Under the pieces are notes generated by a model. It worked only from the letters and a program-made list of their open reading frames with translations. It made no database searches and was not told the DNA's origin. DNA of 63,730 bases, counting the filler, from Craspedostauros australis (taxonomy: Eukaryota), in the NCBI GenBank assembly GCA_030167865.1. It is 6 parts of 6 records of this genome, joined end to end, with 100 filler letters (N's around TTAATTAATTAA, not from the genome) between each part and the next. Parts side by side here need not be neighbours in the genome. Positions count along the whole stretch, not along the records: positions 1 to 17,182 come from JALAGF010003945.1; 5 more parts are not named here. One strand, given 5' to 3'. The position numbers were made by a program, and so were the translations under genes. Numbering within the stretch: position 1 is the first letter of the stretch; the number at the start of each line of letters is the position of its first letter. Of the stretch, positions 1-9,471 are shown in pieces.

Positions 1-2076
1 CAGAACTTCTTCGGATGTGCAGGGAACTTGGGAGAAGGCGCGGCGCGCAAGCTCTTTCACAAGTACGCAACCAGCGATATCCTTGCTGAGCAACTCACTC
101 TGGTGGCGGCCACCAAGACCGTCTTCGTCACTGAGCGACCGGATGCGATGAAGGCGGCATGCATGTCCATTGCAATGGCCCTGTCTCCTCCCGCTGCCAA
201 TCCATGCTGCCAAGGATTGGCAGGGTGCACCTCAATCACCGCTTCTGCTTCCAACTCCAACTATCCGCCATTCATGACCATTGCCGTCACTGCGTGTGTC
301 GGTGACAGCGCATGCAAGGACATGGGACCGAATCCTCTCATCCTCGACGCCTCTTGCACTGGCGTGAGTGCATGCGAATCCATGAATCGGAACGAGATCA
401 ACCCTTTCATCACCGGAGTGACGTTCGTTGGTGAAGGCGCATGCACCAGCACGCAATCCTGTGAGGGGGTGGGACATCGATCACATGGTGATGTTACCAT
501 CCAGACTGGTGCGTGCATCAGCCCCAAAGCATGCTACTCAGCTGGCCGCCGCGTCAAGCAGTCAGCATCATCCTTTCGCTATCGAAGTCACATCGATATT
601 GGCCCGAATGCTTGCGTTGGCAGCAATGCCTGCAAGGATGCCCATTCCACTGTGGACCATGGTTCCGCTGGCAAGCGTGAAGGAAGCCTGACCATCGGTA
701 CTGGCGGTTGTGCCGCCGATGGGTCATGCGAGAAGATAGGTTTTGATGACAGGATGAGGACAGATATCATCGTCCCTCCTGGTGGGTGCGGCGGTGTTCA
801 GAGCTGTTGGGCATGTATGACGAAGTTGGGGTGTGATCATGATGCGGTGTATGTGATCAGTGATGCGGAGGGAGCCTGTCCCAAGGGAGGCAGGGACACA
901 AACTTCCTTCCAACGGGTGATAAGGTGGAGAAGTATTGCGTTGGTAAGGACACGTTGCCAACGGAGTGTCCTACCTTCTTTCCGACCCCACTTCCCACTG
1001 TGTCGTCCGAACCTACCCCCATTCCGACCAGCATGCCTAGACTTGAGGTTGGATGCCTCGAAGGTCCGGGGAATGTGACATCGACTTTCAACACGCTATC
1101 TGATCAGGTCCTCTGTGGTGGCGATGGTGCATGCGCGGATTTCGTTGACGCAGTCGAAGGTCTACCTGGCAATGGAGACAGAATGATCAAGAGCATCTTT
1201 GGTTGCAACGATGAGGATACTCCTGGGGTCGTGCCAATTGGAGAAGCTCAAGCCCGATTCAACAAGATCAAGAACGACCGCGACGTGACTGAGCTGTTGG
1301 TGAAAACTGTGGCTAAAGGCACAAGACTGTTCACTGGGAGTGAGGGCCCATTGCGGGAGGCTTGTGGCACGGATTGTTGCACAGGATCCCATGGTTGCAG
1401 CACTTTTCATCCTGGTGTGTTGACGGTTAGTGAGAATTCCTGTATAGATGGCGCCCTGTGCGGTAGGATGACCCCTGATACCATCATCATCGAGAGTTGC
1501 GTCGGCGGTGATGCCTGTGATTCACTGGGCGGGTTCGAAGGCATCCCACACCCTGATGTCAAGATCGGGTACCGGGTGATTGGACCAAAGGCATGCTATG
1601 GGCTATGCAGTTGCTATGAACTTGGCCGTAATATCTTTGGCAATGTGAGGATTAAGAGTGGGGCTTGCGATGGCGACGACGCGTGCGACGTTCTTGGCAG
1701 ACGCAACAGTCAGGGTGATGCGACATCACCGACTGTGGCAGACATTTCAGTTGGGGAGAATGCATGCCGTGGGAGATTTGCTTGCTGGAGGGTACATTCG
1801 AGGACTGCATTTGTGGGAATAAAAACTGAAGGAAGCGTACTCATCGAACAGGGTGCTTGCGATGCCGACAGTGCATGTGATGCTGTTGCCAATATTGACA
1901 CTATCACCAACGACATTGTCATCAAGGAGGGAGCCTGTGGGGGTGCTTCATCATGTGAAGCATGTCTGACACAAGACGATTGCGGCGGTGGCGACAGTAT
2001 GACATACACCATCAGTGGCGCCGGTGATTGTCCCGGCCCTGACCCGGGAGCCTGTTCTCTGAGTAACCAACCATAG
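1..2076 (+). CDS. Cys-rich repeat extracellular/cell-surface protein (5'-truncated by the window)
   Basis: Frame 1 is open from base 1 to TAG at 2074-2076. It has many (I/V)xxGACxGxx(A/S)C repeats and two homologous modules of about 300 aa (FGC..GEGAAR..CCQGLAGC vs FGC..GEAQAR..CCTGSHGC). These are joined by a Pro/Thr/Ser linker (PTFFPTPLPTVSSEPTPIPTS) typical of diatom secreted proteins. Confidence 0.75.
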   Translation, partial: QNFFGCAGNLGEGAARKLFHKYATSDILAEQLTLVAATKTVFVTERPDAMKAACMSIAMALSPPAANPCCQGLAGCTSITASASNSNYPPFMTIAVTACVGDSACKDMGPNPLILDASCTGVSACESMNRNEINPFITGVTFVGEGACTSTQSCEGVGHRSHGDVTIQTGACISPKACYSAGRRVKQSASSFRYRSHIDIGPNACVGSNACKDAHSTVDHGSAGKREGSLTIGTGGCAADGSCEKIGFDDRMRTDIIVPPGGCGGVQSCWACMTKLGCDHDAVYVISDAEGACPKGGRDTNFLPTGDKVEKYCVGKDTLPTECPTFFPTPLPTVSSEPTPIPTSMPRLEVGCLEGPGNVTSTFNTLSDQVLCGGDGACADFVDAVEGLPGNGDRMIKSIFGCNDEDTPGVVPIGEAQARFNKIKNDRDVTELLVKTVAKGTRLFTGSEGPLREACGTDCCTGSHGCSTFHPGVLTVSENSCIDGALCGRMTPDTIIIESCVGGDACDSLGGFEGIPHPDVKIGYRVIGPKACYGLCSCYELGRNIFGNVRIKSGACDGDDACDVLGRRNSQGDATSPTVADISVGENACRGRFACWRVHSRTAFVGIKTEGSVLIEQGACDADSACDAVANIDTITNDIVIKEGACGGASSCEACLTQDDCGGGDSMTYTISGAGDCPGPDPGACSLSNQP

Positions 2077-2989
2077 CGTATGGTACCATGCACCTCAATA
2101 GTACAATAGGATCTGATAGCTCGTATTTCTGCCGTCACATTCCCACTCTGTTTTTTTTTCGTGTGATGATGCCCTTTCCGTGCTTTGCGAAAGAACATGT
2201 GACCAGAAGAAAAGAGATGAGTGAGGATGCTGATGATCGGAGTGATGCAAAATCGGAGGTCGGTACTACGTATCGCACCAGCCACCAACTCCATTCCTCA
2301 TGTGCATGCCTGTGCGCACCATTCCAACACCCATCTCTCTTCGCCTATTGGCTTTGATCCTGTGTAGTAACTGTTCTAATATCTTTTAACGAAGTATTGT
2401 CGGGCATCGCCCGACACTTGTTAAAACTACTTTTTGACACAGGGAGGATCGATCCCTTGTGCTTGCACAACATCCTCCACAAGGATGGTCCTGGCATTTC
2501 ACACACCGCCTTGACTGTCCACCATCCCCATCCAACCTCCCCACACACACACACAATTCATCAATACCAAACCTCCCGCTTCCTCACAACCAGCCACCAT
2601 TGCAGCTCATCGGGTGGCAACACTTCGCTCCTTGATCTGGCGCGCCCCATCATTCGTCTCCTGTTCCCTTTTCTTGTTTGGTGGAATAGTCAGTCGCGAT
2701 GTTGTGACGCCATACTCGTGACTCGTATTCTCGCTTTCTCTGTCGAACCACGAAATCGAACGGTGGCCAGAGCATTCCCGCCAAGCCATCAACACCACAA
2801 GAAGAAAAATGAGAAACCGAAAAAGTGCCGAGACAACCATCAAGGGGGTGCCCTCTGGCAAGATCTCCTGTGGCCCATCCAACCAACAACCTGCCCTCTC
2901 GTTTGCGCAGCAAGGCAAGCTGATGACACAGCATTATTTGAGGAGACATCGGGACGTTTATTTACCGAAGAGATCCTTGAGATTGAACC

Positions 2990-5659
2990 ATGGTAGCTTC
3001 GGTCAGCTGCCGAACAAAGCTTGCTGCAAGCATCTTCATCATCTTTGGTTCGGAGTGGAACTCGTCGATCTTTGTAGATGCATTCCCCCCGTCCCGTCCG
3101 TGTCCATGGCAAGCACGTACTTCGAGAACTGCATCAGAGGCTACTCCAAGCATCGGCGATGTACGGATCGACGGAGCTTCGCAATTGGAATCGCCCTCAT
3201 CTCCGCCACCAGCAAAAACGGCAGGAGCAACAACCATCATCCCTCCCAACGGTGGCTTCCGAACCACAAGAATCGGTGAAGTCAGCATGGCATCTTTCAA
3301 CGCGCTTGCGCCGTCGTATAATGTTCTGTCGCTATCGCCACGATCGTCCAGAAGGTCTCTGTCCCGCAAATCGAAGAACGCGCGAAACAAACTGCAACGA
3401 AGCCTTTTGCGGAAGGCTGAGGAGTCCAGATCAGCGGATTCCCACGATGACGGTAGATATGCAATCCAGGACGACAACAACGAAGATGAGCATCTTTTGG
3501 AAGGTGACAGTGATGAGATCGATGACGAAGACGACGACGACGACGACGAAGAAGAAGAAGATATGGATGCGACGCTGCAAAATGAGCCAGAAATTGACAC
3601 CAATGAAGTATCATCACTGTCAGCTTCGCAGTTGGATCAACAGCAAAAGATAGCGAAATTTCTGGAGAACGACAGAGCAACACGGTATCCAGCCGCAATT
3701 CAAATGGCAAAACAAACGAATGCCGACGTGCTGTGTTTGCAAGAGGTGGAGGGCGGTGTGCAGTTTGGACCAATCCTCAAGGAAATGCTGGCACAGCCAA
3801 TTTCAGACTCCATCGCTGGCTATGATTCCCTGGTGTTCTGCAACATGCTGCCAAAACGTGAAGACCATGTTGTTGGCCTATGCATCGCATGGCGATCCGC
3901 TCGTCACCGACTGATCGCATCCAAGGACTTCAGACGTGGCATGGTGGTGCAGCTGGAGGAAGTCATGAGCGAAGAAAATGCAAGCGGAGCGGAGGCGTCC
4001 AATCGGATAATGCCCGCCACATTCTGTGTTGGCAATGTTCATTTGCCAGCCAGACCGTCCAACATTTTAGGTCGCTTGAAAGCAATGTCAAAGGCCATCA
4101 CAACGATGTCAGCTCTCGATCATGACAATCCCTGCGCGCAACCGCAAGGCAATAGTGCAGGGTCTATGACGCAGAATGAAGGACGGCTGGATACTGCGGC
4201 GTGTATGTCACCAACTCCTGGTGCAAAATTGAGCGATGATGCCGACAATCACAGTACAAGTAGATCGCGTCATAATCCGCTGGATGGATTGCTTGTCGTT
4301 GCGGGTGATTTCAATTCCGATCCCAAATCCGCGGCATCGCAGCTTCTCATGAAAGGGGCCATCAATTATGGCAAGCTCTTGGATCGAACGTACAGAGCGA
4401 CTCTCACCAAGGCATCCGCATATGGCATGAAGCACGACTACCGCTTTCGGGATGTTTACGACTCGGTTACCTCATTCTTGAGCAACAAGGGCAGAAGCGG
4501 CGTTGATGTTATCCATATGGGTGGGACAACGATTCGGAATGAATACGCGCCCGTCACGGTGTCGTTACATGGTCACGCACCTGGTTGCATGGATCAAATG
4601 TTCTTCGCGGCTTCTTCCGGACGTACCAGTGGTGGTGCATCATCACTGCCACAGTCGCAGGCCACGGCTCTCCAGTCCGCCACCAACAAGCGCAAGACAC
4701 GCCGACAGCGTAACATCCAAAAGGCAAAGGCCAGATTGCAACGGCAGAAGCAGTACGGCACACCCAAGCAGAGCCCAATCTACATTGACTCTTTGCTTTC
4801 AACCATCGACGGCGCCGGTGATCACCAACGACTGAACATCATCAATTCGGGGCTGCCCAATCTTGACGCAGGATTTCCGTCCGATCACATGCCAGTGGGT
4901 GCGTTGTTTGCCCCGCGGCCACTCGATGATCCGTCGACGCAACAAGGCAAGGCCAGCCAGGATTCTGGCATCCTCAATATGCCACCAACTGGCTTGGATT
5001 ACACTGTATCAACAACAACAGCAGCAGCAGAGAATACGAGTGCTGATCTCACTCAGAGGTCGAGCACAACGTACACCACGCCGGGTGGTGTTTCCTCGCA
5101 TGTTAGGCGACGTCGAGAGGCAGCCACCAAATCCATCTCCGTCCAGCGCCGACACAATATGATCCTCCGGGTCATGGCAGAATGGTTACAATCGAACGGG
5201 GCCGCCGAGATGATCCGAGACAAGCCGCTCTACAAATGGCCATGGACGGTCGGGCTGGTGAACTTGAAGAAGAAATCAAGAGCGCCGGATCTGTGCTGCG
5301 TTGTCGGACGGACGCTGGTGGTCCTGGAGGTGACAGTGTCCACCAAGCCCAATGAGATGAGACGGCAGAAGCTGGCAAAGTATGAAGATCTGGTCGGCGC
5401 TTTGTCGGAATCGCATATGATCCGTGACGCTGGCCTGGAGGTCGGCGAAACCTTCGCGATCGTGCTTCGCGCTGACGAGAGTGATGATGGCGAGGACGTC
5501 GTTCCCACCGAAACGTTTCAAGATGTGGCAAGGCTCGCTCGATTACTGCTGGAGCTTGACGGCGAAAACAATGAGGACAAGGTTCAAGTGGTGGCGAACT
5601 CGTTATGTGATCACCTGAGATCCTGCATGGGCAGCAATGGAGCTTCGACGTCGATGTGA
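2990..5659 (+). CDS. EEP-superfamily (CCR4/nocturnin/Angel-like) nuclease/phosphatase with a C-terminal PD-(D/E)XK RLE-like domain; possibly plastid-targeted
   Basis: 889-aa ORF with EEP motifs SYNVL, LCLQEV, NVHL, VVAGDFNS, MDQMF and FPSDH. The C-terminus reads RRHN..APDL..LEVTVS..KLAKYEDL. The N-terminal hydrophobic stretch ends in VDA|FPP and is followed by an S/R/T-rich segment. Confidence 0.8.
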   Translation: MVASVSCRTKLAASIFIIFGSEWNSSIFVDAFPPSRPCPWQARTSRTASEATPSIGDVRIDGASQLESPSSPPPAKTAGATTIIPPNGGFRTTRIGEVSMASFNALAPSYNVLSLSPRSSRRSLSRKSKNARNKLQRSLLRKAEESRSADSHDDGRYAIQDDNNEDEHLLEGDSDEIDDEDDDDDDEEEEDMDATLQNEPEIDTNEVSSLSASQLDQQQKIAKFLENDRATRYPAAIQMAKQTNADVLCLQEVEGGVQFGPILKEMLAQPISDSIAGYDSLVFCNMLPKREDHVVGLCIAWRSARHRLIASKDFRRGMVVQLEEVMSEENASGAEASNRIMPATFCVGNVHLPARPSNILGRLKAMSKAITTMSALDHDNPCAQPQGNSAGSMTQNEGRLDTAACMSPTPGAKLSDDADNHSTSRSRHNPLDGLLVVAGDFNSDPKSAASQLLMKGAINYGKLLDRTYRATLTKASAYGMKHDYRFRDVYDSVTSFLSNKGRSGVDVIHMGGTTIRNEYAPVTVSLHGHAPGCMDQMFFAASSGRTSGGASSLPQSQATALQSATNKRKTRRQRNIQKAKARLQRQKQYGTPKQSPIYIDSLLSTIDGAGDHQRLNIINSGLPNLDAGFPSDHMPVGALFAPRPLDDPSTQQGKASQDSGILNMPPTGLDYTVSTTTAAAENTSADLTQRSSTTYTTPGGVSSHVRRRREAATKSISVQRRHNMILRVMAEWLQSNGAAEMIRDKPLYKWPWTVGLVNLKKKSRAPDLCCVVGRTLVVLEVTVSTKPNEMRRQKLAKYEDLVGALSESHMIRDAGLEVGETFAIVLRADESDDGEDVVPTETFQDVARLARLLLELDGENNEDKVQVVANSLCDHLRSCMGSNGASTSM

Positions 5660-5862
5660 GAAGCAAATCATGCTGCTGTCGCTGGGACAAAGACGAGAAG
5701 CGGAAGCGAAAAAAGTGAGCTCCGATGTCCTGCAAAGAGGTCGGATGTGCAACACCCGAGCAACAACTGAAGTCGCATGCATTCAATGTCCTCTACTCTA
5801 CTCTGGGGCGCTTGAAAACGCTACGATTTTCTGCTAAACTGCGATGAAAGCATGTACTCCGA

Positions 5863-6510
5863 TCATTCAAGCGGCTTGACTGTGATATAAATATCCACGG
5901 GACGATCAAACACAGTTAGTCTCACCACCTGGAGTCCGAATTCTGCAAAACATGCCGTGAAGACTGACGAAGCTTTATCCAATGTATCGAGCCGATCGAA
6001 GGCCAACGGGATTTCTTTGAGTCCGGCTTGGAGATCCATCTCGCCGGACAGTGGCCAGCCATCAGTGCTTGCTATCGTGTATCGGCACCAACATGCAAGC
6101 AAGATGGCGTCGCTCTCTCGGCGATCATCTTGCGTCCGCTTCTCGAGTGCTATAAATCGAGCCATGTTGTGATTTGCTGCTCCCCGAATCTTCGTCTGAT
6201 CGACGACGATGTTGAAATAATCCAAGTCGGCCAACACGGCCTCGCGTGACACCCCTGAAGGAATGAAAACCTGACCCTGTCTCATGTAGTCCAGAACGAA
6301 TCCAAAGCGATCGGAGTTTGCATCAACGAAGATGGCATTACGTTGCGGGGCAGCCTCCCCAGTCTCTGCTTCGTTGCTGGGGCCCTGCCACGTCTCGCTG
6401 GCCAATCGAGTCAGCATGCAGTCTTCGAACTTGTCCAAGGTAGATTTTGCAACCACGAAGATCTTCCCGCCAACGTTGAATGTTGCAACATCAGTGTTGC
6501 TGCCAGTCAT
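5863..6510 (-). CDS. BTB/POZ (KCTD/potassium-channel tetramerisation type) domain protein
   Basis: Motif FNVGGKIFVVAKSTL..ML..L..IFVD.NSDRFGFVLDYMRQG..DLDYF. The likely start is the ATG at 6510; the ORF track starts at an upstream non-ATG codon. Confidence 0.85.
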   Translation of the reverse strand: MTGSNTDVATFNVGGKIFVVAKSTLDKFEDCMLTRLASETWQGPSNEAETGEAAPQRNAIFVDANSDRFGFVLDYMRQGQVFIPSGVSREAVLADLDYFNIVVDQTKIRGAANHNMARFIALEKRTQDDRRESDAILLACWCRYTIASTDGWPLSGEMDLQAGLKEIPLAFDRLDTLDKASSVFTACFAEFGLQVVRLTVFDRPVDIYITVKPLE

Positions 6511-6996
6511 GGTGTTTGCTGCTGAGGTCACGCCTTCACGCGTCACGAGTATGCCGGTGGGGTGGTCTACTTAGTTATTAATGTTAGTGGGAGAGATGCT
6601 GCCTGTTGATCTCGCTTCGTAGGAGGATTATGACCTCGATATGCTCGTGCTCTCGACAGGTTCCTTGATGTCAAGTTACTGTTTCACTACTGTGGCGACA
6701 GTCTGACAGGCAGTTCTACTGGTACTACTGTGAGCAGAGGAATTACTACGTTCTCTTCATCGCCGCAAAATCAATACTTCCTCCGATTTACACAAACAAA
6801 CGCTTTTGAAGCGCGTTGGTTTCGTCGTTGTTGGCGTTGAATGCAGTACATGGAACATGGAAATAAGTTTCAATTTCCAACTCTGTTCTCGTTGAGTATA
6901 CACGTAATAATATTCTCCACTTGTCTCTCGAGTATTCACGTTCCCCCTTGTGTATACATCCGTATTCATGTCCACGTTTTCACCGTGTTTCTCTTC

Positions 6997-8787
6997 TCAC
7001 TCCGCCTTTGCACGCTTGGCTGTGGGTCCCGCAACATCAGTGCCGGCAGGTTTCTTGTCTCCATCGACTGCGCCTGCTTCGGTCGTCAGTGGCTGCCGTT
7101 TCTTCTTCTTCTTCTTGACAACCATCATTTGCTTCGGGCTGGCCTCCGCCGTCTTCGGGGATGCGTTGTTGGCCCACGGATTGTAAGCCGCGGATGCTGG
7201 AGACGTTGCCACCGTGGGCTTCCCAAATCCAATCTGCGTCGTGGAACCGTCCGGTCCGACGGACACGACGCCACCCACGGCAGCTGCTTTCTGGGCTTGC
7301 GCGCGGATCACGGAAGCCTCCCGCACTGCCTGCTCGGCTTGAGCTGCGGAGTCCACGGTCTCTTGCAATTCATCGAGGAATTCCTTGAGATCAGCCACGG
7401 TGGCGGCGCCCTTCACGTCGATGGCACTCAAGTTGGCGACGGCCTTTCTGAGGTTGGACAGCTGCTGTGATGCCTTCGTCGATCCGTTCGATGGCATCTT
7501 GCCGTAGTCCGCATCTTCCAATCCGGTAGTCTTCAGTCCTGCTGCGGCAGGTTTTCCTTCCGCTGTTGCGGCATCGTCTTTGCTCTTGTCCGAGGTCGTG
7601 ACGTCACAGGTTGAGAGGATGACATCCGGATCTTTGCCCGAAAGGATCGCGATCCTTGCGGAAAGCACCTTGGCGCACTCCACGTAATGCCGAATTCCGT
7701 TCGTGCGATGCTCCAGGCTCTTGGCTTGACGGGTTGCCTCATCCATCCGCGGCTGTGCGGATGGTTCCGGTGCTGACGAATCTGGCTCCTTCTGCAGTTC
7801 GCTGGCGTACGACAGATTGGACAAGCCCAAATTGTAATACACGTCCGCAATCTTGCGATTGTAGCTGGACTGCTCGATATTCTGTGCGTTGGTTGGCTCG
7901 TTGGCAGTCATCTCTTGCAGCTGCTTTCGAAGGACGAGGCAGGAATGGTAGTCTTCGATGGCGGCATCGTACCGTCCATTGAAGCGCTGCAAGTCTCCTT
8001 CGCGCAGCAGTATCTGCGCTTTGTCGGCCAGGTACTTGAAGAGCTTGGCGGAATCGCCGGTACCTGTCGCTTCAAGTAGCCTGTCGAGGATGGCACGGGC
8101 GGCGTCCAGATTCTCCCAGGCAATCTCCATGTCATCTGCCGTGGCAGAATCGGCAGGGCTGGCAGCAGCTGCGGCAGCAATGGCAGCAACGCCGCTTCCA
8201 TCAACTGGTGTATCTGCGTTCGTCAGCTGTGCCACCAGCGCCAGGGTGGCTGCCTCGTTGGGATCTTGGGATTGATGATTGTCTGCAGCGTCTGCCTTCG
8301 TTGAGTTCCTGGCAGGCGCGCTGGCCGAGGCAGCGGTGGGCGCTGACGCCGCTTCAGAGTTCGGCGCATCGTCCTCAGGTTCAGGCTGACGCTCCCCGAC
8401 CGTCATTTGCTGCTGCATGTCCGTCGATTCTTCGATGGAGTAGAGCAAGGTGGTGCCGTACAGGTAGTGGAAGGGAGCGAGAGATTCATGCAGGTCAACT
8501 TGATCTGCAGTCAGCGAATTTCCCTGTTCGTCCGACATCTGCATGAGACGTTGCTTCGTGCGTTCCAGACCTTCCGCGATGAGGTCCATTGCAGGTTCAA
8601 AGTCCCCTGACTGCATCAGCGCCTTTCCTGTCACGAAGTGCATGCTCATCTCGGAGGACTCGTACGTTGGCGATTCCGCAATGCTGGAGTTGGCATCTTC
8701 TGCAGCTGCTGCATCCCGCGACGAAGAATTAGCCTCTGTGGATGCCGCAGGCGGGGCCTTCTTCAATTCGGTCGTTTCAGCCATCAT
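6997..8787 (-). CDS. NASP/Sim3-like SHNi-TPR histone H3-H4 chaperone
   Basis: TPR1 (GKALMQSGDFEPAMDL), an interrupted TPR2 (HYLYGTTLL..acidic insert..DDMEIAWENLDAAR), and TPR3/4 (GDLQRFNGRYDAAIEDY..RKIADVYYNLGL). The C-terminus has TTQIGFG and a basic NLS (KKKKKKR; KRAK). Likely ATG at 8787. Confidence 0.8.
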   Translation of the reverse strand: MMAETTELKKAPPAASTEANSSSRDAAAAEDANSSIAESPTYESSEMSMHFVTGKALMQSGDFEPAMDLIAEGLERTKQRLMQMSDEQGNSLTADQVDLHESLAPFHYLYGTTLLYSIEESTDMQQQMTVGERQPEPEDDAPNSEAASAPTAASASAPARNSTKADAADNHQSQDPNEAATLALVAQLTNADTPVDGSGVAAIAAAAAASPADSATADDMEIAWENLDAARAILDRLLEATGTGDSAKLFKYLADKAQILLREGDLQRFNGRYDAAIEDYHSCLVLRKQLQEMTANEPTNAQNIEQSSYNRKIADVYYNLGLSNLSYASELQKEPDSSAPEPSAQPRMDEATRQAKSLEHRTNGIRHYVECAKVLSARIAILSGKDPDVILSTCDVTTSDKSKDDAATAEGKPAAAGLKTTGLEDADYGKMPSNGSTKASQQLSNLRKAVANLSAIDVKGAATVADLKEFLDELQETVDSAAQAEQAVREASVIRAQAQKAAAVGGVVSVGPDGSTTQIGFGKPTVATSPASAAYNPWANNASPKTAEASPKQMMVVKKKKKKRQPLTTEAGAVDGDKKPAGTDVAGPTAKRAKAE

Positions 8788-9471
8788 CTTCTGTTCGTTC
8801 TGGTGTGAGTATGAGATGAGCGCAAGCACAAGCGTGAGCCAGATACTCTGCGTGATGGTGATGTTCGAACCACGTTTGCCTGATTGATTGATTTATTGAT
8901 TGATTCGATGGTTGTTCAGCGACTTGACTTGGTTCGCAGTTGAGTGAGTCGCGCGTTGTCTTGTTGTGGCGGAGATTGTGGTTGCGGTTGTGGTTGAATG
9001 AAATTGTGCGACTTCTGGCGATTGATCGCTTGTTGGAGATGCGCATTTCAGCGAAAGCGCGCCAAAAATGGGATCGACACGCGTTCGCGGACAAGAATCA
9101 ATAGAACAGTCCAAGATGTGCACCACGCACCCGCCATCACAGCCAGAATTGCAACCCAACATCAATCCCGCAGTCGTGACTGAACTGTTCAATCACGTTC
9201 GACACTCCGATTTTGCCGAACGTTGAAATATCTCTCGACCGTTCTAATTGGATAAAACACGGTTTTTGACAGATATCATGGTACTTGGTAAGTCCTCGTT
9301 TTACTTGTTGGAGGAACGATCATTGAACATCGCCGAATGTCACCGATCGGCCAACCATGTGTGTGGCGACTCAAGGAACTTCATCGATGTCTAATACTCT
9401 TCTTATTTTTATTTTTACATTTTCTGCTACTTGTATCGACCGAGATCATGGATGAGGACTGCATCCTCTCA

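Noticed and set aside
2990..5659. Dualen/RandI non-LTR retrotransposon
   Set aside because: There are no reverse-transcriptase motifs or room for them between the two nucleases, and no CCHC knuckle, poly(A) tail or TSD.
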